A stretch of 63,258 nt of DNA, the filler included, from Octopus bimaculoides (lineage: Eukaryota): the NCBI RefSeq assembly GCF_001194135.2. It is 11 parts of 11 records of this genome, joined end to end, with 100 filler letters (N's around TTAATTAATTAA, not from the genome) between each part and the next. Parts side by side here need not be neighbours in the genome. Positions count along the whole stretch, not along the records: positions 33,406 to 51,940 come from NC_068989.1; positions 52,041 to 53,161 come from NW_026438497.1; positions 53,262 to 59,753 come from NW_026423306.1; positions 59,854 to 62,034 come from NW_026424230.1; 7 more parts are not named here. One strand, written 5' to 3'. Every line of letters starts with the position of its first letter. Position 1 is the first letter of the stretch. This document shows, piece after piece, positions 50,371 through 61,825 of this stretch. The position numbers and the translations under genes are program-made. Below the pieces are notes generated by a model, which saw only the letters and a list, made by a program, of their open reading frames with translations, was not told the DNA's origin and did not search any database.

Positions 50371-51578
50371 TATATACATCTTGGTATATTATACTATACA
50401 TCTTGGTATATTCTTCTATACATCTTAGTATATTCTACTATAGCCTCGGGTCCAAAAAAGCCTTTTGAGTGAATTTTGATAGAGGAAACCCATATTCTCG
50501 GCGAATATATGTAACTCATCTCTTCATTTACCTTACCCCCCAAGCGCTTGAGACCCTTCATCGAAACCCAGTTTGTAGTAAGCCTTCAGCATAGGTCTTT
50601 GCTCTGACGTTATCGTTTCCCTTTAAAGTATCTAGCCTCAAAGCCCCACGAACAACATTATGGATGTTATCCTTATTCATCTGACTAATCCGAAATTATA
50701 TTACCTTGAGGTAACAGGTATTGCCTATTGGACATTTTAGCTGGTCTTCCAGCCCTGTAATATCTGCGATACAAATATCGTAGGCCTGATGTGCAAACTG
50801 TCATCTCCTTGATTAATATCTACAAGAAGTCATCCTCTAAACTGTATCTATAAACCGTTTTGATATAGCGACCATTTCTGTATACTGTCTCTCCTATCCA
50901 TCTGTTTATTTAATGTTAATACAATGTTTGAATGAATGCAAAATACTTTCTTTTTAAGGTAAAACAGCTACACATATATCACTGCTTGCTATACTAAGCT
51001 GTGTAATTATCTTGCATCATGTATTTTTCTTCCTTTATTGGAATTGCTTGTTCTCTTCGCAAGAATAGGATAAAAACAAGAAGATTAGACAACAAAGAAA
51101 CGTACGGTACATAAAGAAATAACACGAAAATATTCAGTTATTTAAACATTGCTTAGTAACTTCTTTTCTTCTTCAAAGACAAAGTGGAACAAATCAAACA
51201 GCTGAATATATATGTAAGATAATATGAAGATATTGATAGGGCACAGAGAAAGAGAAGGACAGACGAAATGATAGACTGGGAGAATGAGAGAAAGGCTGAG
51301 TGTGAGTAGAGACAGAAAGGGAGAGAAAGGGAGGCATGGAAGAAAGGGAGAGAGAAACAACAGGAGAGGGTGTAAAAGAATTGTGGCTGTAAAAAAAACA
51401 GATAGATAAATAAGGAGAGAGGGGGAGAGAGGGAGAGAGAGAGGGAGAGGGAGAGAGTGATAGGAGCAAGAAGAAAGGAGGAGGAACAAAGAGAGTGAGA
51501 GGGAGAGTTAGAGAGAAAGAACGAGGGCGAGAGAGAGAGAAAGGTTTGTTGTTGAAAAAATAGTCATATTTACAAAAA

Positions 51579-51612
<34 letters not shown>

Positions 51613-51616
51613 GCTG

Positions 51617-51652
<36 letters not shown>

Positions 51653-52140
51653 GGAAGAAAGGAAAAAAGAAAATTTTGTCGATGCTGATAATAGGAATGA
51701 TGGTGATAATAACATTGATGAGGAAGAAAGCGAAAAGGTAAAAAAAAAAAATATTTGAAGTAAATAAGAAAGACTTGAATAATACAGTTTAAACATATTT
51801 GCGACTTAGAAATAGGGGTTGGTGAAATATGAAGATGTATAAAATGGCGCATAGACAGCGCCCCAACGCTGTACATACACGTGAGCGCATATATATATGT
51901 TTATGTATATATATATATGTATATATATATATGTATATGTNNNNNNNNNNNNNNNNNNNNNNNNNNNNNNNNNNNNNNNNNNNNTTAATTAATTAANNNN
52001 NNNNNNNNNNNNNNNNNNNNNNNNNNNNNNNNNNNNNNNNTACCAAGGAAGCTTCGACCACATGTCGAGTGGAGAGAGCACTGGGAGATAGTGTTGACAC
52101 CACTGTTGCTAGATAGAGAAGAGGACGAACGCTATTGCTC

Positions 52141-52330
52141 TCTCTCCACCCGTTGCCTTGCGCATGCGTGCCCGGGTACTTCCGCTGACGGCAAGTCCCT
52201 TGCACATGCGCAATGGCACTTCCCAAGATGGCGGCCACACGCGCCACTACAATATATTTCGCTTTTGTTCGAAATGTCGGAATCTGCTGCAGAAAATAAT
52301 TTGCTACTGGTCACTAATTGCTTTCAAGGA
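52141..52330 (+). promoter_or_regulatory. CpG-rich housekeeping-type promoter and first exon, probably of the zinc-finger gene
   Basis: NRF1-like TGCGCATGCG (52159-52168) and GCACATGCGCA (52202-52212), ETS ACTTCCG (52178-52184), TGACG (52186-52190) and a perfect YY1 motif CAAGATGGCGGC (52224-52235). A spacer separates it from the CDS. Confidence 0.65.
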
Positions 52331-53919
52331 ACGTAACTTCTAAAGTTTCGTATTTAAAGAGAGATAACTTATATTAAAACAAAATTATTTCTTTTATCTT
52401 CGGTAATGAAATTTTTGCTTCAGCAGAACAGACGAAGACTTTGTTGACTGTCACATACGAAATTATTCATACTGTAAATGTTACTTATTCTTGATTAGAA
52501 GTTGATAATTATAATTTTGAAATCTCTTGCATCAAAGGATATTTCTCATGAACGCATTTACTACATGTACAGATATTTAATTCTGAATGCCAATGTCCAA
52601 GCTCTTAATTTCCCTACTACGTCACCCGTTTCAATAACGGATGTAGTAAGTGATGGAACCACCAACTTAAAACTGTTCAAAAGAGGGCTAAAAGACAAAG
52701 AAAACCCAGCGATTCTTTTGCCAACCATAAAAAAACTAATACTTTTTCAAAAGTCGGTGACAAAGTAACTTTAGTGGTAAAGTAACTGCTACAATCTGTC
52801 AGTCGATCCCAAGCAAGAGCTGCATATGCAACTCACTTATTCCGGACTTTCCTTCGGGAAATGCCGATAAGGGAGATTCCAAACTTCCTCAATTTTCGCA
52901 TACTGAACCAGTTGTCCTATTAACGTGAGGAGCTGTTTGTTGGCTTACGTGATGCTGACACCAACTCCTCGTCAATTAATAAATAACTGAGACGCCACAA
53001 CCAGAACATATGTCCCTAGCCAAGTCAAAGACTAAAGCATCAGGAATCTAAAGGTCAAAGAGGACATTCTCGTTACATACGTACTACCTAACTTCAGAAA
53101 AATGATATTACTTGCACGATATTCACTGGTTATCTAACTTCGCCAGTCTTCCCATATCGCANNNNNNNNNNNNNNNNNNNNNNNNNNNNNNNNNNNNNNN
53201 NNNNNTTAATTAATTAANNNNNNNNNNNNNNNNNNNNNNNNNNNNNNNNNNNNNNNNNNNNCACTCTCTTCCCCACCTCACACACATAGATTTATTTATT
53301 TTCTATCGACTCTTTGTAGAGAGACAACTTTTATTTTCTCTCCCCACTCTCACAAAAATTAATTTGGCCCCAAAGATTTCTTTGGTTTTTCTTAAAATGC
53401 TGGTATAAAGCTGAAAATATTTAGTCGAGAAAAATAAGTGTATTTTGTTAAGAATTATTCCATTTATTTGACAGTAAAGAGGTAAGTAATACATTGTTGT
53501 TGAATTTTTACCTGTTTACGTATGCATACATGCTATGATATATGTATATATATATGTTGGGGGTGGGTGAAATTTCCGAGGGTTCCATTCTAACCCACCC
53601 CACTCTGTTTACTAGACACCAACGGGTTTTGTGGCACATTAGGAAGTTACCAGAATTCATTCAATAAAAAAAAAAAAGAATTTTCAATGATTCCAGGATA
53701 GGGTGATGGGGTCTAGTTTCCCCACTTCTGCTTTTTTTTTTCTGAACAAAAGTAAGGGGTTTGCAGCATACTAGGAGGTCAGCGCATTTTATTTATTTGC
53801 ACAAGATTCTGTGATCTAAATGTTATTAAAATGACAAAATCAATTGTTTAGGTCTGAAGTTTATCTCTACAGAAATGTTGTCCTGTTTTCACTGTTCAAG
53901 TAGTCTCAGTGTCTAACAT

Positions 53920-53941
53920 TGTTATTTCTTTATTGTTTCAG
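53920..53941 (+). other. Probable 3' splice acceptor of the terminal exon carrying the zinc-finger CDS
   Basis: GTTATTTCTTTATTGTTTCAG pyrimidine tract, 342 nt upstream of the ATG. Confidence 0.55.
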
Positions 53942-54283
53942 AATATCAAATGACATTGGATTAACAGAAGATACATTCTCAGTGACTAAAGAAATATCTT
54001 GTACAGAAACAGATTTATAACACTGTTTCTCTAAATCTGTGGAAGAATTCCTATGAAATATTTGCTCTCGCCTGAGATTATTTGCAAAATTTTGAAACAT
54101 CACTCACTGGAATATCAAGAAGAATAGTTTGTGCATTGATTACACTTGGATAAATTAACCTAAGTATTGTTAGAGAAAGGTAACAGTGGATGAAATTACA
54201 GCAGTGGAAATATTTGTAAGAGTAAACTATAAGAAGAGAAGCAAGTAAAAATATATATACATTGAAATTTGGGAAGAACAATA

Positions 54284-56044
54284 ATGGAGAAGAAAGAGAA
54301 ACTTAAAGAACTGATTTCCCTTGAAGACATTATAAAAGACAGACACAATTTGTCATGTGACTGTGATGTCCATAAAAATTCTCATTCTCAAAAAAGTAAT
54401 CTAATTGTTCAGAAACAAACTCATATGGGAGAGAAACAATATCACTGTGATATCTGTGGTAAATCTTTCACCTGCAGTGCTGACATAAGTAGACACAAAT
54501 GTATTCATATAAGTGAAAAGCCATATTGCTGTGATATCTGTGGTAAATCATTCTCTCAAAATAGTAACTTAACTGCACACAAATATATTCATACAGGTGT
54601 AAAGCCATATCGATGTGATATCTGTGGTAAATCTTTTACTTCCAGTGGTAACCTAACTAGACACAAACGAATTCACACAGGAGAGATGCCATATCATTGT
54701 AATATCTGTGGTAAAGTCTTCTCTCGAAATAGTCATTTAAGTAAACACAAACGTATTCATACAGGAGAGAAGCCATATCATTGTGATATCTGTGGTAAAG
54801 TGTTCTCTCAAAATAGTCATTTAAGTAGACACAAACGTATTCATACAGGAGAGAAGCCAAGTCGATGTGATATCTGTGGTAAGTCATTCTCTCAAAATAA
54901 TAACTTAACAAAACACAAACGCACTCATACGGGAGAGAAACAATATCACTGTGATATCTGTGCTAAATCTTTTACTTCCAGTGGTAACCTAACCAAACAC
55001 AAACGTATTCATACAGGAGAGATGCCATATCATTGTGATATCTGTGGTAAAGTTTTCTCTCAGAATGGTAATTTAAGTAAACACAAACGTGTTCATACAG
55101 GACAGAAACCATATCACTGTGATATCTGTGGTAAATCTTTAACTTCCAGTGGTAACCTAACTACACACAAACGTATTCATACAGGAGAGATGCCTTATCA
55201 TTGTGATATCTGTGGTAAAGTGTTCTTTCAAAGTAGTCACCTAACTACACACAAACGTACGCATACGGGAGAGAAGCCATATCACTGTGGTATCTGTGGT
55301 AAATCATTCTCTCAAAATCGTTACTTAAATATACACAAATGTGTTCATACAGGAGAGAAGCCATATCACTGTGATATCTGTGGTGAGTCATTCTTGCAAA
55401 GTTATGACTTAACAATACACAAACGTACACATACAGGGGAGGAGCCATATCATTGTGATATCTGTAGTAAATATTTTACTTCCAGTGGTAACCTAACTAG
55501 ACACAAACGTATTCATACAGGAGAGATGCCATATCATTGTGAAATCTGTGGTAAATCATTCTCTCAAAATTATGACTTAACAAAACACAAACGTATTCAT
55601 ACAGGAGAGAAGCCATATCACTGTGGTATTTGTGGAAAAGTATTCTCTCAAAATAGAACTTTAAGTATACACAAACGTGTTCATACAGGAGAGAAGCCTT
55701 TTCATTGTGGTATCTGTGGTAAATCATTCTCTCAAAATAGTTACTTAACTGCACACAAACGTATTCACACAGGAGAGAAGCCATATCACTGTGATATCTG
55801 TGGTAAAGTTTTTTCTCAAAATAGTCATTTAAGTACACACAAACTTATCCATACAGGAGAGAAGCCATATCACTGTGATATATGTGGTAAATCTTTCACT
55901 TCCAGTGGTAGCCTAACCAAACACAAACGTATTCATACAGGAGAGCTGCCTTATCATTGTGATATATGTGGTAAAGTGTTCTCTCAAAATAGTCATTTAA
56001 GTACACACAAACGTATTCATACAGGAGAGAAGCCATATCACTGA
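54284..56044 (+). CDS. C2H2 zinc-finger protein, 586 aa, 19 tandem fingers, single coding exon, no effector domain
   Basis: ATG at 54284 (the ORF track starts at an upstream TTG). A 54-aa leader contains one degenerate finger, followed by 19 exact 28-aa C-x2-C-x12-H-x3-H repeats with TGEKP-type linkers. First Cys codon at 54446. Confidence 0.93.
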   Translation: MEKKEKLKELISLEDIIKDRHNLSCDCDVHKNSHSQKSNLIVQKQTHMGEKQYHCDICGKSFTCSADISRHKCIHISEKPYCCDICGKSFSQNSNLTAHKYIHTGVKPYRCDICGKSFTSSGNLTRHKRIHTGEMPYHCNICGKVFSRNSHLSKHKRIHTGEKPYHCDICGKVFSQNSHLSRHKRIHTGEKPSRCDICGKSFSQNNNLTKHKRTHTGEKQYHCDICAKSFTSSGNLTKHKRIHTGEMPYHCDICGKVFSQNGNLSKHKRVHTGQKPYHCDICGKSLTSSGNLTTHKRIHTGEMPYHCDICGKVFFQSSHLTTHKRTHTGEKPYHCGICGKSFSQNRYLNIHKCVHTGEKPYHCDICGESFLQSYDLTIHKRTHTGEEPYHCDICSKYFTSSGNLTRHKRIHTGEMPYHCEICGKSFSQNYDLTKHKRIHTGEKPYHCGICGKVFSQNRTLSIHKRVHTGEKPFHCGICGKSFSQNSYLTAHKRIHTGEKPYHCDICGKVFSQNSHLSTHKLIHTGEKPYHCDICGKSFTSSGSLTKHKRIHTGELPYHCDICGKVFSQNSHLSTHKRIHTGEKPYH

Positions 56045-56266
56045 TATCTGTGGTAAAGTGTTCTCTCATAATACTCAATTAAGTAGACACAAACGTATTC
56101 ATACAGGTGAGAAGCCATATCACTGTGATATCTGATGTAAATCATTTTCTCAAGATTCTGACATAACTAGACACAATTATATTCATTCAGAATAGAAGCT
56201 ACATCAGTGTGGTACATATGGGACATCATTCACTGTAAGTGATGCTTTAACTGGATACAAAAGTAA
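56042..56266 (+). pseudogene. Three decaying zinc fingers downstream of the stop codon
   Basis: CACTGATATC instead of CACTGTGATATC. In the old frame: [72 protein letters not shown]. Confidence 0.88.
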
Positions 56267-57226
56267 GAGTGCAGATTTGTATGTTTTCAACTTCTTTTTC
56301 TTTTTTCATATTCCTGTGTTTCATGTAATGGAGATCCTGACTGAAAATAAGTTATTTCGAAAAATTTCATTTAGTCTTTATTTAATCTTTCAACCACTTT
56401 CATGTGCTTTTCAGTTTCCATGATGTGGGGACCACTATACTGAAACTCCTCTAGGAGATCCTACACATGGTTCTTGGCTGAATATCATTTCCCCAAACAT
56501 TACTTGTGGCTTTTTCTTGCACAAGAATACAGTAAAGTTGTCAAATATGTACATCAACAATGACCTCCAGTACAAAAGAGAAAAGATCACATTGGAAGGA
56601 CATGAGGCATAAGTATAGCTTTGTGTCCCCCACGTAACTCATGCCTTATAATTTTCTGCACTCTTGGTAAGTTGCTGCCCATTCACCCAGCGTATTTGTT
56701 GAGGAGAGAAGCTATTTCTGTGGAGATTCTGTGATAGGTTATTGTCTGAAAAGTGTCACTTATATGCAGGGATATGGTTTACTGCTAAGATTCCTGAAAC
56801 AAAAATATAAACACCTATCTATAATTGCAAATGTATTCACACACTAAGGGAGATATGAGATAGTATAACAACAACCTCCCAAAACTTAGTTTTATTCCAC
56901 TACAAATAGACTTACATTTTCGACACAGCTTACTACTGTGATATTTTTCATTAAAAGTAATTGGTTCCAAATTTTGACTTTGTCTTGCAGGAATATTAAT
57001 TCCAAGTCTTTGTTCTCACCAATATTGTTATATTTTGGTGGAGACATAATTAATAAAATCTATAAACACACTCCTCCATATTTCCCTTTTTTTCCTGAAA
57101 GCAGTTGATGTTTGTTTTTGTCCCCAGAAATAACTCTTGATTCACCATTCTGTAGCTTTCTCGATGTTGCAGTGAAAAATATATTTGGAAGAGAAGCATT
57201 GACTGCTTCAGAGAATGTAGTGAAAT

Positions 57227-57583
57227 TTTGTTGGAACTCCGTCGCGGGTTGCTGTTGATCCGATCAACGGAACGGCCTGCTCGTAAAATAACGTGCAAGT
57301 GGCTGAGTACTCCACACACACTTGTACCTTTAACGTAGTTCTCGGGGATATTCAGCGTGACACAGTGTGACAAGGCTGACCCTTTGAATTACAGGCACAA
57401 CAGAAACAGGAAGTAAGAGTGAGAGACAGTTGGGGCAAAAGAGTACAACAGGGTTCGCCACCATCCCCTGCCGGAGCCTCGTGGGGCTTCAGGTGTTTTC
57501 GCTCAATAAACACTCACAACGTCCGGTCTGGGAATTGAAACCGCGAGTCCGCTGCCCTAACCACTGGGCCATTGCGCCTCCAC
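57227..57583 (-). mobile_element. SINE family D, full length apart from a small head deletion
   Basis: Closely matches 19886-20270. Imperfect TSD GTAGTGAAAT (57217-57226) and GTAATGAAAT (57584-57593). Confidence 0.92.
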
Positions 57584-58625
57584 GTAATGAAATATAAACA
57601 AGTAACAATTAATCAGAGTCCTTATAGTCTTTATTCATTATGGCCAAATTGAACTGATAGGAAGCATTTTGTTAATGTGTTGAGTGATCTCTTGTTCACA
57701 TCTATGCACAGATGGGGCTTTTGCCACCCTGAAAGGTGCTCGTTACACCTTTGATATGCTTCTGGAGTTAACCCATTAGTTTTAAGATAACAATAGAGAT
57801 CAATCTTACCGTCTTTAACTCTTTAGATTTGGAGACTAGTTGATACAGGCCCTACTGGAAACCAAATCAAAAGGTGTCGTACAGTAATGCAGTCTCATTC
57901 TTCCTTCCTGCTGTGTTTAACAACCTGGTGGAGGGTGTCACGAAGAGGACATCGAACCCGTCCTTGAAGAAAGCCATATTTATCACTGCAGACCACTTTT
58001 CGAATGAAGCTTTGGCAGCCAGTGCGTTTAAAGACTGTATCTCCTTTATGTTTGGACTTAGCACACAAAGTCCTTTGCGTTGCTTCACCCTTCTCAGTCA
58101 ATGGCAAAACGTCGTTGAGATGGATCTTCCTTAGATTAATTGATAAGTATTGTTGGCAACACTATAGGTCTAGACTTAAGTCTCTTATTCATGTGTGCCC
58201 TTAATGCTAACAAAAAAAAAAAAAAAAGATTTTCGTATACACTCCTTCCAATGCTCATGTAGGAGTGAACAATGCCTTGTAGAGAGGTCGATAGCAGTAC
58301 AAAGCCAATGTCTACGAAGCAATAGTAGGGATATAACCAGCAGCACAGACGCAAGGAATTACGTTGGATTAATGGAAGACGATTGTAAGCTGTAATCAAA
58401 TAATTGCAGATCCTAGAAAAGTGCAGCGTTACGTCTTTCACCAACCACGTATGGCGTTTAAAACAGAATTAAATTGAAGCTTCTGTTCTCTGACTCAACG
58501 GAACTCGACAATGCAAACTTAGAGACGCTACGGGGAAACAGACGCAAGTTAAGCAGGGAACGTAGATAGAGAAACCACCAATGACATTTTACTGAAAGTT
58601 AGTATATTTATTTCGACTACGAGGG

Positions 58626-58750
58626 TCAAACAGAGAGGGAGAATACAAGATGAAATGCGGGGTCTGGGTAAGCGAATGGTATTCTTTGTGTAAATACCAT
58701 TCGCTTACCTAGACCCTGCGTTCCATTTTGTATTGTCCCTCTGTGTTTGA
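58626..58750 (+). repeat. 125-nt hairpin with 58-bp arms
   Basis: 58626-58683 pairs with 58693-58750 without bulges: 51 Watson-Crick pairs, 4 G.U pairs and 3 mismatches, with a 9-nt loop CTTTGTGTA. Confidence 0.92.
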
Positions 58751-58772
58751 AAGAAAAATATTAACATTCGGT

Positions 58773-59565
58773 AAAATGGCGTTGGTGGTTCCTGTAACAT
58801 TTTTACTGAAGGTAGGGAAAATGAGAGTTATCTCCCCTATATATATTTCAAGTAATCGACACGCATGCGCAGTAGTTCTACTTCCAGGGAAGTCTCTTTC
58901 TCCAAGAATATCTCTTAATTAACATCCACAATCACTTTTCATATATTTCTCAATTTCCACACGCATACGCACTTTTAGTGCGTTTAATACATATAATACA
59001 CACACTCCGTGAGAAGTCTTTCCTTTATAAAACATTTCGGTAAGTATTAAACGATGAAAACATTTAATCTTTTAATCCAGTAGACTTTCGGTTTTTGTGG
59101 TGCCGATTCTTTGTATGTTCCTTGTCTTGTTTGGATGAGGGATACGTTTGATGTGTGCGAGAGTTGTCTGCTATTTCTAGCTTTGGAAGAGAGATGTCTA
59201 TGATCTGTGGTAGCTTTGTCTGCTATTTCTAGCTATGGAGGGGATATATTTATGATCTGTGGTATCTTTGGCTGCTATTTCTAGCTATGGAGGGGAGATA
59301 TTTATGGTCTGTGCTAGCATTAACTGCTATTTTTAAATTTTTTTTTTTTTTGCTATGGTAGAGAGATGTCTATGATCTTTGCGAGATTTAGCTGCTATTT
59401 CAGGAAAATAAGTTGTTTCTTGATGAAATTTTATATAGACGACATACATTAAGGTTATAAAGAAATTTGGGGGTAAAATCTTTTCCGAGTGGGGTGGGAG
59501 ATGACTTCGAATATTTCACAAGATGCGAGCTTTTCGACTATATGAAAGTTGGTTACGCATGCGCA
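58773..59565. promoter_or_regulatory. Second promoter-like region
   Basis: YY1-like AAAATGGCG (58773-58781), NRF1-like ACGCATGCGCA at 58861-58871 and 59555-59565, and an inverted ETS pair ACTTCC-AG-GGAAGT (58880-58893). Confidence 0.5.
59161..59404 (+). repeat. 52-bp minisatellite, about 4.4 units
   Basis: Units start at 59161, 59213, 59265, 59317 (expanded by a poly-T tract) and 59385 (partial). Core: CTGCTATTTCTAGCTATGGAGGGGAGAT(A/G)T(T/C)TATGATCTGTGGTA. Confidence 0.92.
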
Positions 59566-60023
59566 CGGCGTTACTACACGCCTATAACTTTGAAGATCTT
59601 TTCACCAGCACGATTTTCACTAAGAAAATTCGTATGTCATTGAAATTGTTGTGCTTGTACACACAAACACAAAAATTCTCCAGGCAGTTGGCTGTTATTT
59701 TTAGCATATTGACGTTTGCAGGTTCAGTCAATTTGGAGTTTTTATAGAAAATTNNNNNNNNNNNNNNNNNNNNNNNNNNNNNNNNNNNNNNNNNNNNTTA
59801 ATTAATTAANNNNNNNNNNNNNNNNNNNNNNNNNNNNNNNNNNNNNNNNNNNNTAATAATAATAATAAAGGTGATAATAATGATGATGATGCTGATAAAA
59901 GGAAAAACATTTATTTTCTGACGTTTGCTAGTTTGCTATATTTGCTAGTTTAGGCTTGGTAATGATTAATTTCTGATTAAGGGTAAGTAATTAGATTATT
60001 ATGAGTCGTCGTACCTGCGCACG

Positions 60024-60059
<36 letters not shown>

Positions 60060-61392
60060 CATGGTATGCAAATATGTTATATTATTTAGTCCTTTTAATA
60101 ATATACCACCCATGCAGTACATTTATTTCCTATAGCTAAAACACTCTCAACCGATAGATTGCAAGGTTGATAACAGTATTAATAATATATTTGTACACCA
60201 CGCATATTCCCGAGCTACTAATGAGTAAAGCTTGACAGCGTCAACTGCGCGTAAACTTTACGTAAGAAGAAATAATCAGATTGATCGAAGGCCAGTTATA
60301 TATATATATATATATANNNNNNNNNNNNNNNNNNNNNNNNNNNNNNNNNNNNNNNNNNNNNNNNNNNNNNNNNNNNNNNNNNNNNNNNNNNNNNNNNNNN
60401 NNNNNNNNNNNNNNNNNNNNNNNNNNNNNNNNNNNNNNNNNNNNNNNNNNNNNNNNNNNNNNNNNNNNNNNNNNNNNNNNNNNNNNNNNNNNNNNNNNNN
60501 NNNNNNNNNNNNNNNNNNNNNNNNNNNNNNNNNNNNNNNNNNNNNNNNNNNNNNNNNNNNNNNNNNNNNNNNNNNNNNNNNNNNNNNNNNNNNNNNNNNN
60601 NNNNNNNNNNNNNNNNNNNNNNNNNNNNNNNNNNNNNNNNNNNNNNNNNNNNNNNNNNNNNNNNNNNNNNNNNNNNNNNNNNNNNNNNNNNNNNNNNNNN
60701 NNNNNNNNNNNNNNNNNNNNNNNNNNNNNNNNNNNNNNNNNNNNNNNNNNNNNNNNNNNNNNNNNNNNNNNNNNNNNNNNNNNNNNNNNNNNNNNNNNNN
60801 NNNNNNNNNNNNNNNNNNNNNNNNNNNNNNNNNNNNNNNNNNNNNNNNNNNNNNNNNNNNNNNNNNNNNNNNNNNNNNNNNNNNNNNNNNNNNNNNNNNN
60901 NNNNNNNNNNNNNNNNNNNNNNNNNNNNNNNNNNNNNNNNNNNNNNNNNNNNNNNNNNNNNNNNNNNNNNNNNNNNNNNNNNNNNNNNNNNNNNNNNNNN
61001 NNNNNNNNNNNNNNNNNNNNNNNNNNNNNNNNNNNNNNNNNNNNNNNNNNNNNNNNNNNNNNNNNNNNNNNNNNNNNNNNNNNNNNNNNNNNNNNNNNNN
61101 NNNNNNNNNNNNNNNNNNNNNNNNNNNNNNNNNNNNNNNNNNNNNNNNNNNNNNNNNNNNNNNNNNNNNNNNNNNNNNNNNNNNNNNNNNNNNNNNNNNN
61201 NNNNNNNNNNNNNNNNNNNNNNNNNNNNNNNNNNNNNACAGAAAATTGCACTACTGGGTACTGCACACATTCTACGCAAAACACTTTCAATACAGTAAAC
61301 ATAAGAGCACCACAGCAAACCACAGCACATACCCAAGGCGCACAGAGCTGCGCTCGGTAGTGAAGTGAAAGCACGTTATAAAAATAAAACTA

Positions 61393-61445
<53 letters not shown>

Positions 61446-61446
<1 letters not shown>

Positions 61447-61632
61447 CCTTTCTGCTATAGGCACAAGGCTTGAAATTTTGGGAGATGCCAGTATTTCACT
61501 GGCACTTAATTTATCGACCCCGAAAGGATGAAAGGAAAAGTCGACCTCGGGGAAATTTGAACTCAGAACGTAGCGGCAAGCGAAATACCCCTAAGCATTT
61601 CGCCTGGTGTGCTAACGTTTCAGACAGCTCAC
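61446..61632 (-). mobile_element. SINE family A, tail type 1, next to (AAT)n
   Basis: TTTATCGACCCCGAAAGGATGAAAGGAAAAGTCGACCTCGG core on the plus-strand reading. Confidence 0.88.
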
Positions 61633-61754
61633 AGTTAACAATAATAATAATTATTATTATCATTATAAGCTTTAAGCGTCCACCGTGTATTGGTTAAAGA
61701 AAATAGTCTAATATTTGATATAGAAGCCCTCGACAGAGAATAAGAGTGAGCTTT

Positions 61755-61825
61755 AGTTCTCGAGGGAATCGAACCCACATCTCTTATATTTGCGGTAAGT
61801 GTGCTACCAATTAAGCCAACCTACC
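61755..61825 (-). mobile_element. tRNA-like SINE head of a separate family
   Basis: TGGCTTAATTGG A box and GGTTCGATTCC B box with tRNA spacing, but no acceptor stem. Confidence 0.55.

Noticed and set aside
52650-52780. QLKTVQKRAKR / KVGDKV peptide as a CR1 or gypsy remnant
   Set aside because: Two short motifs pointing to different element classes are not enough to make a call.
54657-56078. Four repetitive minus-strand ORFs ([18 protein letters not shown])
   Set aside because: They are antisense shadows of the 84-bp zinc-finger repeat.
58617-58625. TACGAGGG as a mariner TIR making the 125-nt hairpin a mariner MITE
   Set aside because: There is no matching CCCTCGTA at the other end of the hairpin.
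59161-59404. CRISPR-like array
   Set aside because: The units are contiguous with no unique spacers, there are no cas genes, and the context is eukaryotic.
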